This document shows positions 63,077 to 64,000 of a DNA stretch of 64,000 nt, one piece after another. This DNA is from Tubiluchus corallicola. Its lineage: Eukaryota > Animalia > Priapulida. The stretch covers positions 454,919 through 518,918 of the forward strand of contig JAQGDQ010000101.1 in assembly GCA_030141605.1 (NCBI GenBank), written 5' to 3'. Each line of letters begins with the position of its first letter. Position 1 is the first letter of the stretch. Made by a program: the position numbers and the translations under genes. The notes beneath the pieces were generated by a model. It had not been told where the DNA came from, made no database searches, and saw only the letters and a list, made by a program, of their open reading frames with translations.

Positions 63077-64000
63077 TTACAAATCATAGCCCACTAATTG
63101 AATGTATCTTGAACAATATGTATTGGACATAATCAAGTGTTTTTCGGCTTTGTTCAGGCCGGTTTTCCACTTGCCAATGTGAGACGCCGGGTGCTTTTTA
63201 AACGTTCCATCATTTCTGTGGAACATTTTGCTCACCTTACCATCCGAATAATTGCCTTTAGCAACTTTGTCCAGAAAGTAGTCCACCGTACTGTTGTACT
63301 TTAAGCCCAAAAAGTCAAAAATTTCTTTGGGTTTCGTATCCATGTTCAGCACCAAGTCTTCATATTTGATTATCAAAAGGTGTGATTCTGGTATGTGTGA
63401 TTGCATGGCAGTTTCCCAATTCTGTAACATGTCTGCGCATAGATATTGCAAGTGTGTTCGCTGCATTATTTTCCAACTCCATCTTGCAGCTTTTCTGGAT
63501 GCTAGTATGGCTCTAGGATCTCGCAAGAGGTAGATAATCTTCAAGTTAAATCCTTCCTTGATCAAGGGAAGCAAATCTGTTACGTGAAGACGCACAGTTT
63601 TTATGGCCTGTGCCTTATGGGCTTTACATAAACTGTTCAACTGTTCTAATTCAATTAAAGTTGTTTTATTTTTGCACAAGTTTGTTCTTACTGCGTCTAC
63701 GTTGTGATCGCAATTTGCAGCTCTGGCTATGACCCTGCTCCAGGAAGGATACTTTGGCCAAGTCTTCCATAGTCTTTTGTAGTTTTTATTCAGATTGTCT
63801 ATATCGGTGTAATTGCAAGAACCCATGTTTCTTATAACTTGTACACCGTCTAATATCACGCTTTGGTTTAAAGAAGGTTCCCTGGCTTTCCAGGGGGCGA
63901 GGTCGAATTTGCGAAATCCTGGCACTGCCACTAACGGTTCGTAGAAATACATGATATCCGGATGACTGTTGAGTATTTCTCCCAACAAAGTGGAACCACT
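63077..64000 (-). CDS. Sulfotransferase copy 3, catalytic exon (truncated by window edge)
   Basis: SGSTLLGEILNSHPD..YFYEPL..KTVRL..RDPRAILASR..KYEDLV; closely similar to copy 2. Confidence 0.93.
   Translation of the reverse strand, partial: SGSTLLGEILNSHPDIMYFYEPLVAVPGFRKFDLAPWKAREPSLNQSVILDGVQVIRNMGSCNYTDIDNLNKNYKRLWKTWPKYPSWSRVIARAANCDHNVDAVRTNLCKNKTTLIELEQLNSLCKAHKAQAIKTVRLHVTDLLPLIKEGFNLKIIYLLRDPRAILASRKAARWSWKIMQRTHLQYLCADMLQNWETAMQSHIPESHLLIIKYEDLVLNMDTKPKEIFDFLGLKYNSTVDYFLDKVAKGNYSDGKVSKMFHRNDGTFKKHPASHIGKWKTGLNKAEKHLIMSNTYCSRYIQLVGYDL

Overview
AT-rich eukaryotic (most likely invertebrate animal) genomic DNA. A complete 22-coding-exon gene for the Golgi/secretory-pathway Ca2+/Mn2+ P-type ATPase (ATP2C1/SPCA1) lies on the + strand (~6696..42501; my hand-assembled exons sum to 2787 nt = 928 aa + stop). 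A 4-exon type-II-membrane carbohydrate sulfotransferase gene (CHST1/GlcNAc6ST-like, ~422 aa) is nested antisense in one of its introns, and two more paralogues follow downstream on the - strand (49991..56638+ and 63077..>64000). Introns and intergenic DNA carry an internally deleted P-element-superfamily transposon (THAP domain, ~62-bp TIRs, 8-bp TSD), several MITE families, a MULE-like element with a nested Helentron-type element, SINE-like heads, decayed LINE fragments and microsatellites. Most unusual points: (i) the nested and clustered Golgi sulfotransferases around a Golgi Mn2+ pump, (ii) a 39-bp minisatellite made of an ATP2C1 exon end plus its 5' splice site, creating in-frame alternative donors, (iii) a candidate frame-shifting 5' cassette exon with a TAATG stop/start overlap, (iv) inverted MITE copies bracketing the phosphorylation-site exons. 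All exon boundaries and family calls are by eye and from recalled protein motifs; no database search was run.
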